Shown here in pieces: positions 39,511 to 51,178 of a stretch of 64,000 nucleotides of DNA. The translations under genes and the position numbers were made by a program. This stretch comes from Azolla caroliniana (taxonomy: Eukaryota; Plantae; Polypodiophyta), in assembly GCA_043228905.1 (NCBI GenBank), contig JBHGNT010000017.1, forward strand, positions 18,352,001 to 18,416,000. The letters are read 5' to 3'. How positions within the stretch are numbered: position 1 is the first letter of the stretch; every line of letters begins with the position of its first letter. The notes under the pieces were generated by a model. That model was given only the letters and a program-made list of their open reading frames with translations. It searched no databases and was not told the DNA's origin.

Positions 39511-42338
39511 TTACCATGCTTGATTTTCAACTCTTGAAAGTTTGATTTTATTTGCCTCTGTTTCCATGCCAGCTGCTGCATATATATTCTCCATGCAGAT
39601 ATAAGCAGCAGCACACGTTTTATCCAACTGTACAGATTGCTCAAAGGCCCACCTCCCAATATTCACATCCAACCGTTTATAACAAGCACTGAGAATAGAC
39701 AAATATAAATGTAGATGGTCCAACAGTGGCACATTATCAATCAAAACTTTGGCTTTGTCCAATCGCCCCTCACGGCCAAATAGATCAATCATACAAGTGC
39801 AGTGTTCTATGGTAGGCCTCAGACAATAAACACTACACATATCATCAAACAGAATTTCTCCCTCATCCAATAGACCAGCATGATTACATACAGTCAACAA
39901 AACAAGGAAAGTTATTAGATCTGGCTTAGTAGTACCATCTGCTGTCATTTTTTTGAATAAGAACAAAACCATGTTAGCCTGACCTAATTGGGCATATCCG
40001 TTCATCAATGCAGTCCATGACATGACATTATGAGTTGGGAGCTCATCAAACACTTCTTGTGCTTTATCTAGTGCACCACATTTCCCATACATATCTACCA
40101 ATGCAGTGCTAAGCACAATATCTTGATGAAGTAACCCTTTATCTCTGACTAGAGCATCTATGGCTTCACCAATTTCAAGAGACCCTACAATACCACAAGC
40201 TTTCAAAATACAAATATATGTTATTGCATCTGGAGAGATCCACTCATCCTGCATTCTCTTGAAGCATTTTAGAGCTTCATCACCCAGTCCATGCTCTACA
40301 TATCCTGCTATCAACACATTCCAGGACACAGTATCTTGTATTGGGAGCTTTTCAAACACTTCTTGTGCTTTTTGCAATGCACCACATTTGGCATACATGG
40401 CTACTAATGTATTGCCAAGAACAACATTATCTTGCAGTAAACCCTGGTTTTTCACTAGAGCCTCTATGTCTTCTCCAATCTCAAGACATCCCAAAATTCC
40501 ACAAGCTTTCAAAACACAAGTATAAGTTACTGAATTTGGTGTAACTCCCTCAGCCTGCATTTCTTTGAAGCATTTCAAAGCTTCATTGCCGAACCTTTGG
40601 TGGGAATATCCAGCTACTAACGCAGTCCACGACACAACATTTCGTAGTGGAATCTGTTCAAATATTTCACGCGCTTTTCCCATCGCGCCACACTTTGAAT
40701 ATGTGTCTACCAATGTAGTTCCCAGAACTATTTCTTTTTGCAATAAGCCTTGGCTTCGAACTTCATTATCTAAGGCTTCAACAACCTCAAGAGATCCTAC
40801 ACCGCAACAAGCTTTTAGAATACAGACATAAGTTATTGCATCGGGAGAGACCCCATCATCTTTCATTTTCTTAAAACATTTCAACGCTTCATCACTGCAT
40901 CCATGCTGAGCGTATCCAGCTATCAACGATGTCCATGACACAACACTCCTTACTGAAAGTTGTTCAAATACTTCTCGTGCTTTCTTTAATGCACCACATT
41001 TGGCATACATGTCTACCAATGCCCCACCAAGAATAACGTCTTTCTGCAACAAACCTTGCTTCCTCACTTCACTATCTATGTCTTCCCCAACCTCAAGAGC
41101 TCCTTTAATGCTACAAGCTTTCAAAACACACATGTACGTTATTGAATCCGGAGAGGTTCCCTCCTCTCGCATCTTCTTGAAACATTCAAAGGTTTCATTT
41201 CCCAGTCCATGCTCGACATATCCTGACATCAATGCATTCCAAGACACAATATTTCTAATTGGAAGTTGCTCAAATACTTCTCGTGCTTTTCCAGGTGCAC
41301 CACATTTGGCATAAGCATCAATTAATGTGTTTCCAAGCACATTATTTTGTACCAATAACCCTTGTTTACTAACCGTGGCATCAATCTCTTCACAAATCTT
41401 GAGAGATCCTACACTAGCACAAGCTTTCAGGATGCAAACATAAGTTACCACATCCGGGAATACTCCTTCATTCTGCATTTGTGCGAAGCAACTTAGGGCA
41501 TTATCGTTAAACCCATGCTTGGTATATCCAGCTATTAACGCAGTCCACGACACAACATTCCTTCTTGGAAGCTGATCAAATACTTCTTGTGCCTTTATGA
41601 GAGACCCACACTTTGCATACATGTCCAGCAATGCAACGCCAAGAATGATGTCTTTTCGCAATAAACCTCGTTTCTTAACCTCGGCATGTATATCAATCCC
41701 TATGTCTAGACACCCAACTACAGCACATGATTTCAAAATGCACGTATAAGTTACGACATCAGGCACTATCCCTTCACCTTGCATCTTTTTGAAGCATTTT
41801 AGGGCTTCATGACCAAACCCATGTTGCGAATATGCAGATATTAAGGCAGTCCAAGTAACAGTATCCCGAACCTGAAGAAGATCAAATACTTCTTGTGCTT
41901 TTCCTGGTGCTCCACATTTGGCATAGGTGCATATTAGTGCACTTGACACAAATATATCTTCAGGAATGATGTTTTGTTTCACAATTTTGGCATGAATCAG
42001 CGAAGCCCTGAGAAGGTCCTTGTCTTTTCCACACGATTTTATCAGTTTTAAGAGAGAATATCTATCTTCAAACTTCAATTTGGACAGTTCCTCAGAAAAA
42101 TGTGGAGATTTGGACCAGTCTAGCTTGGATTGTTGGATACACAACAACTTTATTGATTGTTTACGGCCAAGTTGAGGATACTCTGGGCTTACCTGTAACG
42201 GAAATGAAATGGGTCGAAATGAATAAGATCTCAAAAGCACCAAAAAAGCAAGAAATCATACACGAATACTCTGGTATTTTTCACCTGTGTGATCCAATTC
42301 TGAATAGGATCTCTGCAGACTTCCACCCATGAAATCAT
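39511..42338 (-). CDS. PLS-class PPR protein (E-type end), tandem paralog (PPR2)
   Basis: 910-codon ORF of P-L-S triplets ending ENQAW. Predicted exon 1 42338-42285 (MISWVEVCRDPIQNWITQ), intron 42284-42193, exon 2 42192-39511. Confidence 0.9.
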
Positions 42339-42450
42339 TAGCTGATGGAGGATTGGTTTGAAGGAACACAGACTTTTCTATGGTATTACTGAAAAAAGAT
42401 GACAAGGCTCAATGAATCATCAATCTAGTAGAAGAAGGGTGCAAGGAGAA

Positions 42451-42521
42451 ATTGTCCATAAGGGTAGAATAGATGTCCAGACTCATCTTGTAGCACATCC
42501 ATTTTACCCTTTATGGACAAT
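42451..42521. repeat. Inverted repeat (26/27-bp arms) upstream of PPR2
   Basis: ATTGTCCATAAGGGTAGAATAGATGT ... ACATCCATTTTACCCTTTATGGACAAT, followed by a 31-bp tandem pair at 42528-42586. Confidence 0.8.
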
Positions 42522-43310
42522 GTCCACACTATAATCCGATTGGTAACATGTCCGCGATACTATAATCGGATTGGTAACATGTCTGCATGAGCCACATGAG
42601 CTATCTGAGTGTTCGGCATTATATCTCTTCTTGATAGCATGCCGATTTACAAGAACATGTCGATTTGGGGCTGTATGAGCTCTTCTAGAGCATGATACTA
42701 CTCATTCGTAGGGGAGCTAGGTACCACGATGGACAAGAGTGATTCGTGAAGAGAGAGCTTACGTATTGTTTGGTGAAGACTAGAAGGTTGTAGATTCATG
42801 TGTTCAACCCCTACGGGTCCATAGTGGGATTGATCATGCATGTGGAGTAAATTCATGCATATCATGAGATTGAACCCAAGCGCATGGATTTGTAAACACT
42901 CGGCTTCTAACCCTAATATGAAAAAAGAAAGGAGAAAAGAGAGAAAGAAAAACACATTAATGTCCATTAATATGCAAAAATTGGGTTTTATGAGATGAAT
43001 CATAATTACAATTTAGAGATGTATTCTATACTAAAACAAATAAAAAATTAGCCCTAGGTTTTTTAAAGATCCATAATAATGATCTTAATGCATGTGGTGG
43101 AATGGTTCTTGAGATGGTTCACAAGTGTGAAATGTATAACTATTATGTAAGGGATAAATAGCGACGAGGAGACATGTTATACGAGGTTGGCTAGTGTGGT
43201 ATAGCAAGGCTATATAACGAAGTTCATTGAGTGCTTCTAGGTGTTCTCGATCGGATAAGACATGGAGAGCCAAAATCTCATGCTAATATGGCCCATCTAC
43301 ACTTCATATC

Positions 43311-46017
43311 TGTTGAGAATCAAACTCAACTTCCCATAGATAGGTTTCACACTAGCTCATGGACATTCCATGCTAGTTTTGTAAATAGTAGAAAGGGCGC
43401 TTGCCCTAGCTTAGTTGGTATATAAACCAACTCATTGTAACTTAGTTATTGTTAGATGTATGTCTTTTTGTTAATATCATATACACTTTTGTCTATCTCT
43501 CTCTCTCTCTCTCTACTGATACACACACACACACACGTACGTTCACCTTCCGTTGCATTGCAACCACTCTTGCCTTCCCACTTCTTAACATGGTATCAGA
43601 GCGTGTGGTTGTCTGATCACACCTATTCGATTGTGTTGTGCTGCACGCCGACGATTAACAGAACCGGCTAATCAACAGAAGAAGAAATCACCATGAACAC
43701 TTAGATGGGAAGTGCTCTTCCTACGGAGAAGCTCGACAGAACGAACTTTGCATTTTGGGAGTACAAGATGCATCAATACCTTGTCGGACAAGGTTACTGG
43801 AGCTACATTGAAGGAGCTCACGAAATGCAACCCAACCCAACACATGCCAACTATCCCGCTTGGGAGCAGGCCGTGAGCCGTGTGTTGTATTGTCTAGTAT
43901 CATGCGTTCATGACCATATGCTTTGGTACATTCAAGAGGCAAAAACGCTGAAGTAGGCGTGTGAAAATCTCAAAAAGATTTTCGTAGCCAACACGACTGC
44001 ACACAAGCTCTAGCTTCGTCAAGAGCTGAATAACATCCAATAGAGGGACATGTCAATCTCAAGTTATACCTTGAAGATCAAAGAGCTATGTGACGCCCTC
44101 GGATCGATCAACGTCGTCATTGATGATGACGAACTGGTGCAGATATGCCTTGGAGGCTTAGCACCGTGTTTCGGTGCGATTAGATCAGCCATTCTTGCAA
44201 GGGAGAACCCTCCTTCCTTCTTCGACCTTCAATCGATATTGCTAGTCGAAGAGAATCACGCCCGACAGAGGAGCAACGCATCAAATGGTCACATGATCTA
44301 CTCTCAGTCGGATGATAGAAGAAATTTCGGTCACGGAAATAGAGGTCGTTTCGAACAAGCTCATAATGATCGGCGGAATCAAGGGCGAAACTCTCACCAG
44401 TGGCAAGCGGACAAGAACGGGCCCAGAGAGCTTGGTGGAAGGGGGAGTCATAACGCCAGACCGAGCAATCGCCAGAACCCAGTTGAGTGCAGGTACTGCG
44501 AAAAACCCGACCACTATGAAGAGGAGTGCCAGAAGAAGAAGCGTGAGCAAGACCGACAACTGACAAATTACACTACCAACTCCGACTACGACGACCGTGG
44601 CATAATGTTCATAATGAAGCACGAAGCACACTCGATGTCTGCATTTGCGACAACCAACGCCTCCACTCCTAATAGTGTATGGTTTGTCAATTCGGGAGCT
44701 TCCAATCACATGACTTCCCATGAAGATTGGTTTTGGGAATTACGGAAGCCCGAACATCCCGGATATGTCGAAACAGGCGATGATACAACTCATCGAATAC
44801 AACATATCGGGAATGTCCCATTTAGAAACAACGACGAACAGACCTACCTCAAGAATGTACTGCATGTTCCCACCATCACAAAAAATTTGGTCTCGGTCGG
44901 CCATATTGTAGAACAGGGAATGTAGGTATGCTTCAACAACCATGGGTGCTTCATTGAAAAAGGAGATCAAATCGTAGCTCAAGGCAGACGAGAAGGTCAT
45001 ATGTTCATCCTCGAGTCGAGCGAAGTAAAGTCAGCTATGTACGCAAAAGGCCAAAAAGTCAAAACTGACTTAAAATTGTGGCACAAGAGAATCGACCACA
45101 TTAATCTCCAGAAACTACAAAACATGCAATCGAAAGGAGTCGTAATCGGACTCCCGAACTTTACGACAAAGGAGATTACAGGCGTATGCGAAGCATGTCA
45201 GTTCGGAAAGCAACATTGTCACCCATTCCCTAACGAGCGGAATGTGAGCAAAGGAATCGTGGATGTCGTACATTCAGATGTGTGGAGACCAACCCAGACA
45301 ACAACATTCGGCGGATGCCGATACTATGTCACTTTCATCGACGACTTCTCCAGGCACTCCTGCATCTATCCAATGAAGGAGAAGAGTGAAGTGTTTAGGC
45401 ACTTCCAGGCATTCAAGTCCGAAGTCGAAAAAACTACGAGTCGTCATGTACGCTGCCTTCGATCAGAGGGAGGCAAAGAATATTTTTCGGATGAGTTCTC
45501 GGCATATCTCCGCAAGGAAGGAATCCGACGAGAGTTCTCATGCCGACATACGCCTCAGCAAAACAACGTAGCAGAGCGTAAAAACCGCCACATAGTAGAA
45601 GTCGCACGAGCAATGATGAATGAGAAGAACCTACCGAAATCATACTGGGCAAAAGTGGCAAATATGGCTGTATACCTCATGAACAGGTGCTCAACCTCAG
45701 GAGTACACGACATAACTCCGCATGAGAAGTTTTTCGGGAAGAAGCTGAACTTATCGCATGTCCGCATTTTTGGCTCAATTGCCTATGTACATATTCCCGG
45801 AGATACGCGGCAAAAGCTCGATCCAAAGTCGGAGAAATGTATCCTCGTGGGATACTCGCTTGAAGAAAAGGGGTACAAATGCTACAACCCATCTACCCGA
45901 AAAGTTCGTATCAGTCGAGACGTAGTCTTTGATGAGTCCGCATCCTGGTACGCACTAGAGAATACTTCGACTCCGCTCGATGCGGATGACACCGAAATTA
46001 GAATAGAAGCTGAGGAT
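43311..46017 (+). mobile_element. Ty1/copia element E (5' half; same family as A, B and H)
   Basis: LTR 43311-43590, PBS TGGTATCAGAGC 43591-43602, gag from 43705, integrase 45001-46017, then truncated. Confidence 0.9.
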
Positions 46018-49000
46018 TGTTAACTCTTAGGGCCGGACAATGGCCTAACACAGGGTGTCTATGGAAGACACTTCACCAAAGGGGTGTTACGGCAACAGGA
46101 TTAGACTCAACGATTAATCCGACTTAATTAGGTTACTTAGCATGATCGTCTTTAATAATCACACGCGTAAGATATAACAATGAATGCAGAATGGCAATTA
46201 ACACAGAGAGATAACAACACTAAGCTTTATTAATTAATCGCTGTTCATTACATTCTATCCAGGCCTTTAAATAGGTTTCCGGTCTGTATTACAAAACGGT
46301 GCCATCCGCACCTGTTCGGGATTGGTCCGGATCCGGAACGGCATACCGATTCTGGTCCGTCCGTCCACACTCATAGCTTACTTACAACTATTCCTACTAA
46401 TTAAATAACTCCCCGTTTCACACTCTGGACTCCTTTGCCGGCCGGTAACACATGGCACGCCCGTGGGACAGTACCTTGTACGTCGAATCCACAACCGACC
46501 CTTGCTATTCTTCGTCCAAAATATCCAGAATGCTTTGTTCGAGAGTCTCCAATGGTTCATCTGGAACTGGTTGTTGTTGTTGTTGCTCTGTTGATGTCTG
46601 CTGCGACGGGTCCGTTGGTGGCTGCTGCGGCTGCTCCTCCGTTTGTTGCTCTGACACCGGCGTCTTCGTCGTTGCTCCCTCCGTCGTAGTGGTCTACGGT
46701 TGACTGGTTCCGGGCTGGCCCTCGGCCGACGACGGTTCCTCATCACTAAGGTTAACCGTTGCCGCTTCTCGTGCTTTTTCTTCCCGAACCCGGGACCGCT
46801 CGTAGCTTTCAAACTGTATTTGAGCGTCCAGCCTATCATCGTCTAGCTAAGCTACGAGTTGCCGGACCTGCGCCAGCTGTTCATCCGCTAGGACTTGGAA
46901 GTCGTCGGCCAGCTTGTCCCGTATGGTGGTGAAGTCCTCGGAAGTCAACGTATGACAATCATCTCCTTCCTTCCGCCGGTTTGCCACGTCTGCCTGTAGC
47001 AATTGGAGTTCCGCCGTGTTTTGTGCCCAGTGTTGGACACAGTGCTCGGCCACAACCGAGGAATAGGATTAACTCACAGAAAACAGGAAATACTAAAATG
47101 CACGAAGACAATAGAGAGAAGAGTACACTGGATGTTTTACGTGGAAAACCCTAAATGGGAAAAAACCACGGGAGTCCTCAAACTCCAACTATCACTACAA
47201 ACAGAGATGTACAATGGTGAAGCTGCAAGGCAACAACCTTGAGCTCACTGTCTTCGCCACAGGCGGCAGTAATACACAGAGGCAACGACCTCTTCGTCTC
47301 TCTCTCTCTCTCTCTCGGCTGCTCACTTAGCTCCTAAGTGGAAAACCAGAAAAATGAGTAACACATACAAACTGTTTGCCCTAAGTCATATTTATACACA
47401 TATGACTTTCGGGCTATTTACAAATATAGCCTCAAGGGCCCTTGGCAAACATATTCACAGATATGTCCCCGCATCCGGATCTCTCTCCGGGTACATTCGT
47501 CATCCGGCTCCGTAGCCGGGGTCTTCGTCATCCGGCTCCCGGACATTTGACCATCCCATCCGGAGGGACCGTAATCCCAACACCCAGTTTGTCCACCATC
47601 TTACGGAGCTTTCGTCAATAAAGCGTTTTGTCTGATTCAGCCATGCTCAGAGGATGCACTGAATCCGGCCCGTTTGGCCACTCCGACCACTGTTTGGCTA
47701 TTACGACCGCTTCGGCCGCTCGTCTGTCTCCATCTCCCGCTGTTTCGATCGGTTTCCGGCTCTTCTGGCCGCTCTTTCTGTTGTCTGGCCCATTTGGCCA
47801 TGTCTGTCCGGTCCATCTCCAGATGTCTCTGTCACCGACCTTGTCGGCCCTATTCGGCCGTCGGTTTTGGCTGAGGTCCGTCACTTTTCGGCATCAATGT
47901 CGCTGTTTCGGCCATCTTTTTCCAGCGTGTCTTTGGCCGGTTGTACGGTGACTCCGTCATCGTTCCGACCGTCATCGCTTGTTTGGCGACCGATGCAGCT
48001 TCATCTAACCCTTGTCTGACCCTCCGACTGCTCTGGTTGCTACAGCCACTGTCCGGCTATTCCAACCATTCCGACTGTTGCCCGACTGCTCTTCAGCTGT
48101 TGTTCGGCCATTCCGGCCGCTCTTCAACCGTTATCCGGCCATTCCAACTGCTCTCTGGCCGCTCCGCTCCGGCTGCTGTCGGTTAGTGGTGACCATTCAT
48201 GACGCCTTTCTCGTCGTCGCCAGCCCTGTCCGGCCGGCCTCCAGTCGCATGGCTGCTCTGTTCAGTCGTCACTATCCGAGCGTTCTTCTGGCCTCTGTTT
48301 TGGCCGTGGTTCAGCTGTGTCTAACCGTTCTGTTCTTGGCTGTTGTCCATTTGTCGGTCGTGCCGGCTGTCCGTCTCTGACGATATCTTTCCGGTCCTTC
48401 GTTCATTCTTCAGTCCATCCGTTCAGCCGTTTCTGATCATCAAGTCGTTCTTCAACGGTCTTTGTCTCTTCGCATATTTGTCCGACTGTCTTCGTTCATC
48501 CATGCATGGTCGTTGTTGGTCGTCATAGTCACTATCTTTGTTGGCTTTGTCTCGCCGGTCTCTTTCCACTGTTCGACCCTCGGTTTGGCCGTCGCTTGCC
48601 GGCCTCTCCGGCCTTTTCCGTCTATGCCTCGGCTGTTGTCAAGCTACCACTTCGTTGCGGACTCCATCACCGTCTCTGTTGGTTTCCGTCCATTCGAGTC
48701 CGTGTCTGTGTCTCTTCTTTGTCTTCTATGGTCCTTCGGTGTTAACCAACTCTGGTTCTTGTTCCGATTCCGGTTCCGACTCTCTCCGCGTTGTTTCTTC
48801 TGGAACCATTGCCCGTGCATTCTCAGCACATCCTGCCGGTCTCCGCTCCAGACACTGCGACTTTCTCCGCAGTCTCCTGGTGGCCTTCTCTTTCCGATCG
48901 TGCTGGCACCGGTTCCCTCTGCGTTGCTGTTTGTCCAGCCGTGCATCTTGCACCACGCTTTTGAGAACACACACATTGTCGCTAACCACTTTCGGAAACA

Positions 49001-49630
49001 CGCACATGGACACTAATCACAACCTCGCACAAACATTGTTGCCATTCATGCATTCCTCCATAGACTTCTTCCAACATCTTCACCGTCATTTTCGCGTTTC
49101 GCCATTTCTTGCACTTAGTTGCTATGGCTTGCACATCCGCGTATCATTCTTTGACTCCGTCTCCAAAGGGGGATCCCATCGTGGTCGCCAAAAACTGAGT
49201 TAACTCTTAGGGCCGGACAATGGCCTAACACAGGGTGTCTACGGAAGACACTTCACCAAAGGGGTGTTACGGCAACAAGATTAGACTCAACGATTAATCC
49301 GACTTAATTAGGTTACTTAGCATGATCGTCTTTAATAATCACACGCGTAAGATATAACAATGAATGCAGAACGACAATTAACACAGAGAGATAACAACAC
49401 TAAGCTTTATTAATTAACCGCTGTTCATTACATTCTATCCGGGCCTTTAAATAGGTTTCCGGTCTATATTACAAAACGGTGCCATCCGCACCTGTTCGGG
49501 ATCGGTCCGGATCCGGAACGGCATACCGATTCTGGTCCGTCCGTCCACACTCATAGCTTACTTACAACCATTCCTACTAATTAAATAACTCCCCGTTTCA
49601 CACTCTGGACTCCTTTGCCAGCCGGTAACA
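46018..49630 (-). mobile_element. Non-autonomous LTR element (Tat-like tRNA-Arg PBS) lacking pol and PPT
   Basis: LTRs 46018-46450 and 49196-49630 with about 10 substitutions. TATA and AATAAA lie on the minus strand. PBS 49174-49190, then a long GC-rich leader and a degenerate acidic/Gln-rich ORF at about 47650-46430. No TSD. Confidence 0.85.
47031..47582 (-). repeat. Solo LTR of the copia C family
   Basis: TGTTGG...CCCAACA termini, exact TSD CCCAG (47026-47030 and 47583-47587), homology to 20755-21382. Confidence 0.92.
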
Positions 49631-51021
49631 CATTGCTCTAGACTTCATCACAGATCTTCCAGTCTCTAAGGGGTTCAATGCGATTCTAACAGTGGTCGAT
49701 CGATATACGAAGATGGCTCATTTCTTGCCATGTACTAAGGAGATCTCCAGTGAAGACACTACCGAAATTGTCATGCGTGAAGTATGTCGGCATCATGGAC
49801 TTCCCGATAGTATCATCAGCGACCGTGGACCCCAGTTCGTGTCAAAATTCTGGAAGCACCTTTTTAACATGCTCAAGGTCACTTGTAACCTCTCCTCTGG
49901 CTACCACCCACAAACCGATGGCCAAGCCGAACGAACCAATCAAACATTGGAGCAGTATCTGCGGTGCTTTCTCAGCTATCATCAAGATGACTGGGCAGAT
50001 ATTCTCCACTTCGCCGAATTTGCCTATAACAACTCTATCCACGCATCCACGAAGTTACGCCATTTTATGCTTATACGGGATGTCACCCCCGGTGGTGTGT
50101 ACTTGAAACCCCAGAGGTGTCCACAAATCCTTGTGTAGAGGATCGTTTAGAAAGGTTACGCAAGATACAAGCGGATTTGTCTACTCATCTCCAACAAGCT
50201 CAACAAACACACAAGGTTTATGCGGATCGTCATCGACTCCCATCTAGTTTTAACATTGGAGATCGGGTATGGCTACTCCGACGACACATCAAGACTACTC
50301 GCCCATGCGAGAAGTTTGATTATCGACAATTAGGTCCTTTCCGTATTATAGGAAAGATTAATGATGTCGCTTTTCGTCTTGATCTACCTCCACAACTTCG
50401 GATACATCCGGTGTTTCATAGTTCTCTCCTCGAACCCTATCAAGAGAGCACCATCCTAGGCCATATTACACAGCCTCCACCCCCGATCGAGCTTGAAGAT
50501 GGACTTGAGTACGAGGTTGCCGCCATCCTTGATTCCAAGTTTGTTCGCAACAAGCTCTACTATCTAGTCGATTGGCTAGGATATAGTCCCAGCGAGCGTA
50601 CTTGGGAACCGATAGAGAATGTCACCAATGCTCGTGCTCTTCTTGAAGACTTCCATCATCAATATCCAGACAAACCGGGTCCTTAATCCAAAACGACTCG
50701 TTACACTCGTCGTTTTAAAGGGGGGATAGTGTCATGATATGGCAAGACTCGAACCCATGACTTATGCTACATGGGTCGAGCTCTTGACCATTAGATTATA
50801 CATTGTAATACGTAAAATATTATTTTCATTTATATTTTATTATAGAAAATTGATGTATATTCCAGATTTCTCTGGAACATTCTAGAAACTTCAGGAATAT
50901 TCCTTAGAACACTATAAAAGGAGGCACAAGGCATTATTTCGAACCAAATCGGTTCAACGCCAGTCTTAAGCCTCTTAGCTACTGTACATTTTCTTCACAT
51001 AATATATATCTTTTCTTATCA

Positions 51022-51071
<50 letters not shown>

Positions 51072-51178
51072 CCTCCCTCTCACTCACTCTTTCCTTCTCT
51101 CGAGAGTTCTTCACCTCTCTTAGTACTAATACTTCTTTTAGTACTAAGTCCTTCTCTGTCTTAGTACTGTTCCTGACA
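49631..51178 (+). mobile_element. Chromovirus (Ty3/gypsy, Tcn1-like) 3' fragment: integrase, chromodomain, PPT, 3' LTR
   Basis: ALDFITDLP..SDRGPQF..HPQTDGQAER, GPF module, YEVAAILDS..YYLVDWLGYSPSERTWEP. PPT 50717-50729 and LTR TGTCA...TGACA 50730-51178. Confidence 0.92.

Noticed and set aside
47600-49170. Many overlapping ORFs on both strands
   Set aside because: Expected from a GC-rich, strand-skewed LTR-element leader; no domain motifs.
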